This document shows, one piece after another, positions 11,635 to 22,435 of a stretch of 64,000 nucleotides of DNA. Source of the stretch: Marsupella aquatica (lineage: Eukaryota > Plantae > Marchantiophyta); NCBI GenBank assembly GCA_973895155.1, contig OZ316894.1:13449580-13513579 (forward strand), written 5' to 3'. The stretch's first letter is position 1; the number at the start of each line of letters is the position of its first letter. Made by a program: the position numbers and the translations under genes. The notes beneath the pieces are model-generated. The model was not told where the DNA came from. It was given only the letters and a program-made list of their open reading frames with translations, and made no database searches.

Positions 11635-12552
11635 AAAATGTGGTGCGTCCCATGGCTCCCTAAACCCAAGAAACCCCCCAGCTCAAGCCGATTCCCACAG
11701 GTTTCGTGCTTGGCGAGGCCGTTTCCGCGGCTTAGCGGCATGGGACGCTGCTAACCTTCTACTACTACTATTAACATTTTACACACATATACTGGACAGA
11801 TAGGGTCATGAGATACGTAGCCGGCCTAATATAGGCCTTCCCCTGTCTTCCCCTGTCTTCCCCTCCGTCTTGTTAGGTATGTTTGGATTCCGCCGCCGGA
11901 ATGATCCCCAATAGGCTTGGTTAAGCCGCTAAGACCTCTCTCAGCTCGACACATCCAACTCTCACTCCCCTGCTTACTTTCCTTCCTTCTGTTGATGTGG
12001 GCACTCTTCACACAAGTTAATGCGACACACAAATAGCAAAATGACTCATTCTGACTGAGTCATACCATGCACTTGCCATACAAACAGTACATCTCATACA
12101 CAAGTTCTACGAACTAAGCCGTGAGGCCAACTCTATTCAGCTCTTAGGCATGAGGAAACATGAATATACACAAGGGTCACTGTATGACTAACCGAGAGCT
12201 TCTCGTACTACTTGATCCCAGCCCGGCTGGTGCAAACTAAAAACTTGCTAAAGAAGAGGCCCTGAGCTCCCCGCTGCCCAGGTACTTATCCTGGTAGTGG
12301 ATCCGCCATTCTTTGCATCGTAAGCCTAATCTACCTGACAGTAATCTACTTGCCCGAATCTACCTATGTACAGCAAGGCAGGAGCACAAGTGTTGCTCCT
12401 ACCAGTGGGACCGCAATCCCACTAAGCTAAGTGTCAGGGCCGTTCCTGGTTCTGATCCTAATCCTAAACGTGGAGATCCGCGCCCGCCCTGCCCACTCAC
12501 GCCTCCTCCCTCCACGTCCGCCCTCCCTAAAAGGAACGACGCCCTTGCACCG

Positions 12553-15500
12553 TCACGACACCGGTGGTGGATCCTCAATGGACGCCCCCAACACTTCCTC
12601 CTCAGTCACTGCCGTTGGCCCGCCTACTGACAGATTACCTGCCCTTGACCGAGTCAACTCTCCATCGGCCTGACTGGGTCCACCTTCGGCTTCAGCCTCG
12701 ACACCGGCCTCGGCAATACCCACGGCTTCGGCCTCAGCCACTCCCACGGCTTCGGCTTCAGCCACTCCCACGGCTTCGGCTTCAGCCACTCCCTCGGCTT
12801 CAGCCTCAGCCACTCCCTCGGCTTCGGCCTCAGCCACTCCCACGGCTTCGGCTTCAGCCACTCCCTCGGCTTCGGCCTCCCCTTCCCCTAGGGTAGTTGG
12901 ATCCTTAGCCGTGACCCTGTCTGGGGTCGGTGCTGGGTCTACCTCCTTGATCACCACGGCCTGTGAAGTCGTATTACTCCTTGACCCTGAAGGTTTCCGC
13001 TTCTTCTTCGTTGGTGGCTCGGCAACTGGTCCCTTCCCCTTCCCACTTACCTCCGGCACTGGTGCAGTTGACGCGGCTTGTCCTTCGGCAATTACCACCC
13101 CTGGTAACTGGTTTGTCCCAACGGGAGATGGACCTGCTGCAGCTAAGCATTTAAATACTGCGGCTTGTTTCTTCAGCCGCTCTGTTTGGTTGTCGGCCCG
13201 CCGCTGTAGGTTCTCCATCTTCCTCGTGATTTCCTCCAACTCCTCTTGGGTTTCATCCAGGTCCTTACGTGCCCCCTCCAGCTCGTTTTTGGCCTCCTCC
13301 TGCTCCCTGTGGGCTTCCTCCAATTCCTTCTTCAAGGTAGCCCTCTCCTCCTGGGTTGCTCTTAGCTCTTTGTCGAGCTCTGCAATGATGACAGACTCCA
13401 TCTGGTTCATCTTGGCGTAAGTCTGTTCGAGCATCTCGTCCTTCTCCCTTAGGTCGGCCTTGAAGCTGGCCGTCAGGGACGCAAGCTCCTGCTGCAGCGC
13501 CATAATCCCTTGATAGGATTTCCCTAACTCGACCTCCTTCTGCTCAAGGGCTCCGCGGATTTTCTCGAGCTCCCCTTTCAACGCCCATTCCTTTCTTTGG
13601 GTCTCCGCCATGGCCCGGCTGTTGGCTGTTATGTGGGCCTCCTCTGTATTCTTCAGCTCTTGCTTCCACTTCTCCCTCTCTTTGATCGTGTCGGCCAACT
13701 CTTCCTGCGTCTGAGTCAGTTTATCCTTGATATTCTGATTATCAGCCTGCGCGGTGTCCAACTGCCCCTGCATGATGTTCAGCTCATGTCGTTTAATCCG
13801 TAGTTCATCTTGGGCTTTCTTGGCCGCCCTTAGATCTTCAATCTCGGCTTCCATCCTCCTAAGCCGCCGAATGACCTCGTCCTTCTTGCTTCTCTCTAAA
13901 GCCACCGCTTCTTCTAATTGGTGCTTCTCCAACTGCTCCCTATGGAAAAAGGGTCCTATCTCCAACTCCTCTCCAAAGATGTCGAGCGCAAGTTCCCCAC
14001 ACATCTCACCATACTCCATGGCTCTATTCTTAGCGTAGGTGGAGTAAGTAGAAGTGATCGGCATCGCCCATCGTGGCCTCTGCTCCCAAGCCGTCCTGCG
14101 GATCTCTTCAATCGTGGCTAGAGGTTTGCTTCCTTTTTTGGCTAGCCGCCTGATGTCCTCCGGCCAATCTCCTCCTGGTAAATCCTTTTCCTTAGCCAGG
14201 GCGGCCTCTTCCTCCTGCTTGATTCGCTCCTGAAATTCCTGCACCGTCTGTTTTATGCCGTCGAAGCTCGGGGGAGCAACATCTGGTGGGGGAGACTCAG
14301 GGCTACTCTGCTGGTTGGGGTCCCCTCGCACTACCCTTGGAAGTGTGGGGACAAACCGGCCACAGGTCCTTACTCCTGGAACGTGATGGTCCGACCCATA
14401 GCCGGAATTATCATGGCTGCAGTCCTCCACTGCCTCCTCTACCTCTTGGACGTCCGGCTTCTCCCTCTCCTCTTCCTCGGTAGGAGCTTCAGGCAATTCT
14501 GCCTCAGATTCGGAGCTTGAGGTTCCCACGTACATTCGAACACCTGGCTTGGATTCCGGCCTGATTCTCTTCTTGTCTCCAGCAAAGGGGTTTTCTCTTG
14601 TGAGCCGGTGTAGGCCTACCTCTGTAGTAGTGTCCTGCATTGTTGCCGTTGCCGTTGTTGTTGCCGATGCCGATTTCTTTTCTTTCTCCAGTAGTTTCAG
14701 CAGACTCTGCATGCCTGGTTGCTGCATCGGCAAGTCTTCCTTCCTGGGCCTAAACACCTGCTCGATCGTAGGACTAACAGGTGGTTGAGGCTTCTCAGCC
14801 AACGGCCTCGGCGTTGGAGCTTCCTCGGGTGCCCTTACCTGCAGGGGAAGTACCGGGGCAAAAGTCTGTCCTCTGGCATACCGGCACAACAGCGGCATGT
14901 GATAGCCAAGCCGCGACACGCTCCCCATGCCGATTACCTGCTGCTCCTCCTTTAAGATCTTCTTCAATTGGTTGAGGAGGTACCCGTTGTAGTCCCGACT
15001 TGGGTCTGGCCTTTCTGCCAGATAGACCTGTGCCTTGCCGATCTCTGCCCTCGGCAAGTTACAATGCATGGTCACCCGCAAGAAGTCGATCATCTCTCCT
15101 ATGTGCGGGTTGGTGCAGGTGTTCCGGAAGAAGCCATTCTTCGTTGATGGCCCGGGGAACGACCGGAACTCCTTGTCAGGCAAGGTCTTCCTGGTATCAA
15201 CTTTGGTCTTATTGCCTATCGGCAGGCCAAACACTTCGGCAATTACCTTGGGAGTAAGATAGAAATCCTTCCCATATATCCTCGTGCAATTGGTCTCGGG
15301 TTCCCATGACCCCACGAATTCTAATAGGTCTGACTCCGGTACCTCCGGCTTCAGCCATGGTAATCTTACAAAGGCCTCCAAGCCGGATCCGGCCATGAAG
15401 CCTTGGTACTTCTTGGTCTGCATGGCCGTAAAGCATGCATCCTCCTCCCGTGCAAAATGTAGTTGCACCTCCACCGGTAGGGTTGCCGCCCAGCCCTTCC

Positions 15501-16311
15501 AGGTGTCATCCCTGGTTGGAATGGCCTTGATGGGATCGACCTCCTCCTCTTCGGCTTCTCCCTGCCTCCTGCTCTGCTGCTCGGCTGGCTTCTTTGGTGC
15601 CGCCGACCTCGTTCTTTTTGCCGGGGTGGCTTCATCGTTGACGGCTCCCTTCCTCTTCATCTCTGCTGCCGTGGAGGTTTCTCCTAGCACCGTTGCCCGG
15701 GTCCACCTTTCCGTGCTACCCTTTAATTCCCAGTGTATGTCGTTGCAGTTCTTGATGGCCTCTCGGATGCCAACGACGCTGTCTTTGCAAAACAGAAGAT
15801 CGTCGAGTTGATTGGAAGTAGGCGTCCACAGGAACTCGTCCTTGATGAGTTCGCCTCCTAAGAAAGCCATCTTCTGCAGCTCCCACAATCGAGCGAACTC
15901 CTGCCGTTCTCGAGCTGCCCTTTCTGACTCCTCGTCCTCGTAAGTCTTGATGTACTCAGTTGCCCGTTCGAACAGGCATCCCCAGAAATGTGCCGCTTGA
16001 TTGACGTTGCTCATACCCTCCTTAGGTCGATCGTCGGTATCTACTCTCTCCCCGAGTGCTTGCCTAAGCAGCTGACAGTAGTTGGCCTCCCATAGTCGTC
16101 TGCCTAGTTCGTGCTCGCAAATGAGCCACCATCTCCTGCAAGCGCTCCTTACCCCTCTCCTCTGCCGGTCCTTCTTCCCGTTGATCCTTCCTAGCCGCCG
16201 ACGCTTAACGCGCCCTAACCCTAATCGGGTTTTCACCCTCAGCCTTACCTCCGGCCTCTGCCCGGGTTCCATGGTTGCCCCTAATTGTTTATATTTTCCT
16301 TGTTTTGTCAC
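12553..16311 (-). CDS. Intact LTR-encoded protein (1252 aa open frame; likely ATG start at 16014, 1153 aa, or at 16272): plant-transposon/env-like domain, long coiled coil, acidic repeats
   Basis: Uninterrupted 3.76-kb ORF entirely within the LTR. The motif GLEAFVRLPW...DLLEFVGSW...IYGKDFYLTPKVIAEVFGLP resembles extra-ORF domains of plant retroelements (ATHILA ORF1 / Transposase_32-like; by eye). It also has a heptad-rich E/K/Q segment of ~250 aa and a KKKRK NLS-like motif. Confidence 0.85.
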   Translation of the reverse strand: MTKQGKYKQLGATMEPGQRPEVRLRVKTRLGLGRVKRRRLGRINGKKDRQRRGVRSACRRWWLICEHELGRRLWEANYCQLLRQALGERVDTDDRPKEGMSNVNQAAHFWGCLFERATEYIKTYEDEESERAARERQEFARLWELQKMAFLGGELIKDEFLWTPTSNQLDDLLFCKDSVVGIREAIKNCNDIHWELKGSTERWTRATVLGETSTAAEMKRKGAVNDEATPAKRTRSAAPKKPAEQQSRRQGEAEEEEVDPIKAIPTRDDTWKGWAATLPVEVQLHFAREEDACFTAMQTKKYQGFMAGSGLEAFVRLPWLKPEVPESDLLEFVGSWEPETNCTRIYGKDFYLTPKVIAEVFGLPIGNKTKVDTRKTLPDKEFRSFPGPSTKNGFFRNTCTNPHIGEMIDFLRVTMHCNLPRAEIGKAQVYLAERPDPSRDYNGYLLNQLKKILKEEQQVIGMGSVSRLGYHMPLLCRYARGQTFAPVLPLQVRAPEEAPTPRPLAEKPQPPVSPTIEQVFRPRKEDLPMQQPGMQSLLKLLEKEKKSASATTTATATMQDTTTEVGLHRLTRENPFAGDKKRIRPESKPGVRMYVGTSSSESEAELPEAPTEEEEREKPDVQEVEEAVEDCSHDNSGYGSDHHVPGVRTCGRFVPTLPRVVRGDPNQQSSPESPPPDVAPPSFDGIKQTVQEFQERIKQEEEAALAKEKDLPGGDWPEDIRRLAKKGSKPLATIEEIRRTAWEQRPRWAMPITSTYSTYAKNRAMEYGEMCGELALDIFGEELEIGPFFHREQLEKHQLEEAVALERSKKDEVIRRLRRMEAEIEDLRAAKKAQDELRIKRHELNIMQGQLDTAQADNQNIKDKLTQTQEELADTIKEREKWKQELKNTEEAHITANSRAMAETQRKEWALKGELEKIRGALEQKEVELGKSYQGIMALQQELASLTASFKADLREKDEMLEQTYAKMNQMESVIIAELDKELRATQEERATLKKELEEAHREQEEAKNELEGARKDLDETQEELEEITRKMENLQRRADNQTERLKKQAAVFKCLAAAGPSPVGTNQLPGVVIAEGQAASTAPVPEVSGKGKGPVAEPPTKKKRKPSGSRSNTTSQAVVIKEVDPAPTPDRVTAKDPTTLGEGEAEAEGVAEAEAVGVAEAEAEGVAEAEAEGVAEAEAVGVAEAEAVGVAEAEAVGIAEAGVEAEAEGGPSQADGELTRSRAGNLSVGGPTAVTEEEVLGASIEDPPPVS
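12688..12880 (-). repeat. 24-bp in-frame tandem repeat encoding (GVAEAEAE/V)n
   Basis: Repeated cggcttcggcctcagccactccc units; also at ~1715-1905; shorter or absent in the older LTR copies. Confidence 0.85.
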
Positions 16312-17473
16312 TATACTAAGGTGTTCCTAGGGTGCCTTCCTGCTTTACCCACTTAACCGGCCGAGTGATTCCTGTCTAGGCATCACAACTTGATAGCTCT
16401 TTATCACTAGGAACTACGGGAGGGACGCTCCATAAGAAGGAACTACCTCTATTTCCATTAAGCCTTTGCTTCTCCTTGAGACTATGCAGATGTATTTGGT
16501 TTCCGTCACCAGAAATGGGTATTCTTTGGTTTCCACCGCTGGAAATGTCCCCCTACCCGGCAAGACAACTAATCTAGGTCTCCTCCATCCAAAGAGAAGA
16601 CTTCTGGACTCACAAATATCATATGAGCAACATGCTAATCACAAGGGCCTCAAGATTTCAGATGAGTGCACATCAACAATTTCTTTCCCAGAAACGCGCT
16701 GAAATTTCATAAGAACTTCAAAGGAAGTACATGGGTAGGTTGTCACTACCTACTTGCTATACTTTAGCTTCTTCAACTTCTACTACTTAACACTATGGTC
16801 CTTTCAAGCCTCAAGGCATACACTTGAGTTCTAGTACCCCTAGAACATCTACCTTAGTTCCCCTAAGGTCTCTTAGTGCTACTCCTTGATTCTCCATACG
16901 TGGACCCACACAAAGTAACTCACACCAACTTAAGTACTCCTTGCTTGGCTCCAACTCATCACAAAGTCCAAAACCACCCCAAAGGCCAGCAAGTGACTCA
17001 CCACTAAAAAAAGACCAGCCCACCTTTCAAGGGGGTCAAAGATCCTTACTTATCCTCCTAACTATCTCACTAACTCACTTGTTTGTCTTACCTAACTAAT
17101 GAGCTAGTTGGTGGCCTTTTGAAAGCCTAAATCAACTCCTTGATTTCAGCCCTTCATTCAGGTCCACCTCACCTTCTGACTTGGCTGTCCTATCCCTCCA
17201 AATCAGGGACTAAGTCAGCCTCCAAAGTACAATCATCCCTATCTACCAAATAGCTCTAAAAATAGTAGAGGGATCAACTTCCAATGGCCCTCCAAGTTCC
17301 TCCAAGTTCCTCCAAAGTCTCCATATAACTCAGGTCCTTAGGTACCCTCCATGTTGGCTTTAAGGACTCCACTCCTTAACCTCCTTATTCCTGGACTCCA
17401 GAACCAGCCTAGGTCCCCTTGACATGAAAGAGCCCTTCTCCAGGCCTCACTCATCCGATTAGGGCCTTGCGAA

Positions 17474-20400
17474 TGTGATGCTTAGCCAGGAATCACTAGG
17501 CCAGTTTAAATGATAAAATAAGGAGTAAACCCTGGAAACACATTAGTGTAGTAGCAAAAATATGGAAAACATAAACAATTAAGGGTGGCTATGGAACCCG
17601 AGCCGAGGCCGGAAGTAAAAACGTTGGGGGAGGGAACACGATTAGGGTTAGGGCGCGCTAAGTGCCGGCGGCTATAGGTAACTAACGGGAAGGAAGTCCA
17701 GTCAGGAAGGGGTAAGGATCGATCGCAAGGAATGGCGGCTCATTTGCAAGCACAAACTAAGCAGAGGACTATGGGAGGCCAACTACTGTCCGCTGCTCAG
17801 GCAAGCACTCGGGGTGGAAGCAGATACCGACAATCAACTCAAGAAGGGTATGAGCAACGTCAATCAAGCTGCTCATTTTTGGGGATGCCTGTTAGAACGG
17901 GCAACTGAGTACATTGGGACCTACGAGGACAAAGAATCAGAGAGAGCCGCTCGAGAATGGCAGGAGCTCGCTCGACTGTGGGAGCTGCAGAAGTCTGCCT
18001 TCTTAGGAGGAGAACTCATTACGGCTGAATTCTTGTGGACGCCTACTGCCGACGAACTCGACGATCTTCTGTTTTGTGAGAACAGAATAGTCGGCATCCG
18101 GGAGGCCATCAACCGCTGCAACGACATACACTGGGAGTTGAAGGGTAGCACGAAGGGGTGGACGAAGGCAACCGTGCTAGGAGAAACATCCACGGCATCC
18201 GCTATGAAGAGGAAAGGGAACATCAATGAAGAGACCACCCCTGCAAAGAGAACGAGGTCGGTGGCACCAAGGAAGCCAGCCGAGCAAGGGAGCAAGAGGC
18301 AGGAAGAAGCCAAAGAAGAGGAGGTCGACCCCATCAATGTTGTTCCAACAAGGGATGACACCTGGAAAGGTTGGGCGACGACCCTCCCCAAGGAAGTGCA
18401 ATTACACTTTGCACGCGAAGAGGATGCATGCTTTACGGCTATGCAGACTCGGAAGTACCAGGGCTTGATGGCCGGATCCGGCTTGGAAGCCTTCGTAAAG
18501 TTACCATGGCTGAAGCCGGAGGTGCCGGATTCAGACTTATTAGAATTTGTGGGATCGTGGGAGCCCGAGACCAATTCCACAAGGGTGTATGGGAAAGAAT
18601 TCTATCTCACTCCCTGAGTGATTGCCAAAGTGTTTGGCTTCCCGATGGGCAATAAGACCAAAGTAGATACTCGGAAGACCTTGCCAAACAAGGAGTTCCG
18701 ATCGTTCCCAGGGCCATCAACAAAGAATGGCTTCTTTCGAAACACCTGCACCAACCCGCACATAGGAGAGATAATTGATTTCTTGCGGGTAACCATGCAC
18801 TACAACTTGCCGAGGCCAGAGATCGGCAAGGCACAAGTTTACCTGGCGGAGAGGCCAGACCCCAGCCGGGACTACAACGGATACCTCCTCACCCAATTGA
18901 AGAAATCTTGAAGGAGGAACAACAGGTGATCGGCAAGGGAAGTGCGTCCCGACTTGGCTATCATATGCCATTTTTGTGCCGGTATGCCTGAAGTCAGATA
19001 TTCACCCCGGTACTTCCCCTACAAGCAAGAGCACCAGAGGAGGTTCCGGAACAGAGGCCGGCAATAGAGAAACCGACCCAGCTCGACAGTCCTACAATCG
19101 AGCAGGTGTTTAGGCCGAGGAAGGAGGACTTGCCGATGCAACAACCAGGCATGCAGAATCTGCTGAAATTGCTGGAGAAGGAAAGGAGAACGACAACGGC
19201 AACGGGACCGGTACAAAATACTGCTCCCAAAGTCGGCCTAAGCCAACTTACCAGGGAAAACCCCTTTACCGGGGTCAAGGAGAGAAGGAGGCCGGAACAC
19301 AAGCCGGGAGTCCGAATGTATGTAGGAGCCTCAAGTCCCGAAGCCGAGGAAAAGCAGCTCGAAGCTCCTGGTCGCGACAGGGAGAAGAAGAGATCAACGT
19401 GGAAGCCGGAGGAACCGGGACCCGTGATCTGTGATCTGTGAGGCCGTGTTCACGGCAAAACCAGGAGAGCAGCGGGGGGAGTCGGTAGTCCAAGCCATAG
19501 AGGAGGCGGTAGAAGACTACGAACATGATGACTCCGGCTACGGGTCGGACCATCATCTTCCAAGAGTAAGGACCTGTGGCAGGTTCATCCCCACTCTTCC
19601 AAGAGTAGTTCGAGGGGACCCCACCCAGCAGAGCAGCCCCGAGTCTCCCCCACCAGATGTCGCTCCCCCAGCTTTGACGGCATAAAACAGATGGCACAAG
19701 AGTTTCAGGAGTGACTCAGGGAGGAAGAGAAGGCAGCCCTGGCTAGGGAGAAAGATTTACCAAGGGGAGAATGGCCAGAGCACATCAGGCAGCTTGCAAA
19801 AAAACGAAGCAGCCCTCCAACCATGATAGAAGAAATCTGCAAGGCGGCTTGGGAACAAAGGCCGCAATGGTTGATGCCGATGACTTCTAGTCACTCCACC
19901 TATGCTAAAGAAAGAGCCATGGAGTATGGGGAGATGTGTGGAGAACTTGCGCTCAGCATCTTTGGGGAGGAGTTGGAGCAGGGACCCTTTTTCCAGAGGG
20001 AGATGTTGGAGAAGCGCCGATTAGAAGAAGCGGTGGCTTTGGAGAGAAGCAAGAAGGACGAGGTCATCCGTTGGCTTAGGGCAAGGGAAGCCGAGGTAGA
20101 AGACCTAAAGGCGGCCAAGAAAGCCCAAGATGAGCTACGGATTAAGCGGCATGAGCTAAACATCATGCAGAGGCAATTGGATACCGCGTAGTCTGATAAT
20201 CAGATTATCAAGGATAAACTAACTCGGACCCAAGGAGAGTTAGCCGATGCGATCAAGGAGAAGGAGATGTGGAAGCAAGGGCTGAGAGACGCAGAGGAGG
20301 CCCACATAGCAGCCAACAACCGGGCCATGGCGGAGACCCAAAGAAGGGAGAGGGCGTTGAAGGGGGAGCTCGAGGATATTTGCGGAGCCCTTGAGCAGAA

Positions 20401-22201
20401 GGAGGCCGAGTTAGGAAAATCCTATTAGGCGATCATTGTGCTACGACAGGAGCTTGCATCCCTGACGGCCAGCTTCAAGGCCGACCTCCGTGAGAAAGAT
20501 GACCAGCTTGACCAGACTTATGCCAAGATGAATAAAATGGAGTCTGAGGTTGTAACGGAGCTCGACAAGGAGCTAAGAGCAACCCAGGAAGAGAGGGCTA
20601 CCTAAAAAAGAAGCTAGAGGAAGCCCAGACAGTTGGAGGAAGCCCAAAAGGAGCGGGAGGAGGCGCGCAAGGACTTGGACAAATTGCAGGAGGAGTTGGA
20701 GGAAAGCACGCGGAAGATGGAGAACTTATAGCGGCGAGCCGACAACCAAACGGAGCGGCTGAAGAAACAGGCCACAATATTTAAGTGCTTGGCTTCCTCA
20801 AGTCCAACTCCAATAGGGGCAACCAAGTTGCCAGGAGTAGTACTGGCCGAAGGAAAGCCGAGACACTCGCACCGGTGCCGGAGGTAAGTGGCAAGGGGAA
20901 GGGACCAGCTGCCGAAACAAGGAAGAAGAAAAAGCGAAAACCCTTTGGGTCGGGGAGTAACACGGCTTCTCAAGCCATCGTGACCAAGGAGGTAAACCCG
21001 ACACCAACCTCAGGCAGGGTCACGGCAGAGGATCCAACTGTCCTATAAGGCGGGGATGGCAAGGGCGAAGCTAGAATGCTTAGTGATGAGGCCGGTGTAC
21101 CAAATCCACCACTAGAACAGGCCGGGGAAGCTGTAACCATATCGGAGGCCATGGCCGATGCTGAGGCCAAAGCTGAGGGTGGACCCAGTCAGGCCGATGG
21201 AGAGTTGACTCGGTCCGGAGCAGGTAATCTGTCAGAGGACGGACCTACGGTAGTGGTTGCGGAGGAAGTATTGGGGGCGTCCATTGAGGATCAGCCACCG
21301 CTACCATGATGGTGGTGGAGGGCCGCTCCTTTTAAGGAGGGCGGATGTGGAGGGAGGAGGCGTGAGTGGGCAGGGAGGGCTCAGATCTCCAAGTTTAGAA
21401 TTAGGATCAGGACCGGGAGGCGGCCCTGACACTTAGCTTAGTGGGATTGCGGATCCACTGGTAAGAGCAACACTTGTGCTCCTGCCTCGCTGTACATAGG
21501 TAGATTACGGTCAGGTTAGATTAGGCTTACACTGCAAGGAATTGGGCGGATCCACTGCTAGGAGAAGTACCTGGGCAGCGGGGGGGTTCAGGGCCTTCTT
21601 CCTTAGCAAGTTTTTAGTGCACCAGTAGGGTTGGGATCAAGTAGTTAAAGAAGCTCTCGATTAGTTATGCTGTGACCCCTGTGTATATTCATGTTTCCTC
21701 ATACCTAAGAGATGAATAGAGTTGGCCTCACGGCTTAGTTCGCAGATCTTGTGTATGAGAAGTACTATTTGTATGGCAAGTGCATGGTATAACTCAGTCA
21801 GAAGGAGTCATTTTGCTATTTGTGTGTCGCATTAACTTGTTTGAAGATTTCCCACATCAACCAAGAAGGGAGTAAGCAAGGTAGTAAGAGTTGGATGTGT
21901 CGAGCTGAGAGAGGTCTTAGCGGCTTACCCAAGCCAGTTGGGGATCATTCCGGCAGCGGAATCCAAACATACCTAAAGGGAGACCAGGAGAGGAGGACAA
22001 TGGAAGGCATCAAAGAAGCCGGCTACACATCTCATGACCCGATGAAGAATCTGTCCAGTATATGCGTGTAAAATGTTAGTCAAAGTTAGCAGTGTCCCAT
22101 GCCGCTAAGCCGCAAAACCGGCCTCGCCAAGAGCGAAACCTGCGGGAATCGGCTTGTGCAGGGGGGTTTCTTGGGTTCAGGGAGCCATGGGACGCACCAC
22201 A
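17474..22201 (+). repeat. 5' LTR of element B (4728 bp)
   Basis: TGTGATGC...GCACCACA, followed by tttt and the PBS. Confidence 0.92.
17850..21309 (+). pseudogene. Degenerate LTR-encoded ORF in the 5' LTR of element B
   Basis: Fragments (17814-18617, 18618-18911, 19106-19441, 19823-20191, 21076-21309) colinear with the 1252-aa ORF. Confidence 0.88.
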
Positions 22202-22205
22202 TTTT

Positions 22206-22224
22206 TGGCGCTAGATGGAGGGGG
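22206..22224 (+). promoter_or_regulatory. PBS of element B (tRNA-Asn-like)
   Basis: TGGCGCTAGATGGAGGGGG, identical to element A. Confidence 0.8.
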
Positions 22225-22435
22225 CATTTCTTAAGCCGTGAGATATGAAGTTAGGAAGCAGCATAGGTAATGACTGAACCTACGCCAAGGGAGGAAAGAG
22301 CGATTCAACGAGAGAGAGCTTGTCTGCAGTAGCTCGCCGGGTGGCATGATACACAGCGACTGAGAGGGGCAGAAAGAGCTAGTAGCTCCAAAATTGAGAG
22401 TGGCATCGAAGAAGAAATACCAGAAGAGGAGTCGG

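Larger units (their letters stand above)
660..16387 (-). mobile_element. Full-length young Ty3/Gypsy non-chromovirus (Athila/Phygy/Selgy-like) LTR retrotransposon, element A (family 1), 15.7 kb
   Basis: TG...CA termini; 5-bp TSD ACTTG at 655-659 and 16388-16392; two near-identical ~4.75-kb direct repeats; PBS, PPT, gag-PR and RT-RH-INT order; no chromodomain or second RNase H seen. Confidence 0.96.
11639..16387 (-). repeat. 5' LTR of element A (4749 bp)
   Basis: TG...CA; followed by the PBS; preceded by TSD ACTTG; repeat of 660-5414. Confidence 0.95.

Noticed and set aside
16272-16311. ORF-track start (MTKQGK) for the LTR protein
   Set aside because: Non-ATG codon overlapping the TATA-like box; ATGs at 16272 or 16014 are more plausible, the latter supported by the family-2 alignment
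660-16387. Reading the 4.75-kb repeat as a tandem duplication or misassembly of a short-LTR element with an internal env-like ORF
   Set aside because: TSD, PPT and PBS all map to the long-repeat boundaries, the two copies differ by point mutations, and two independent solo LTRs with their own TSDs have the same termini
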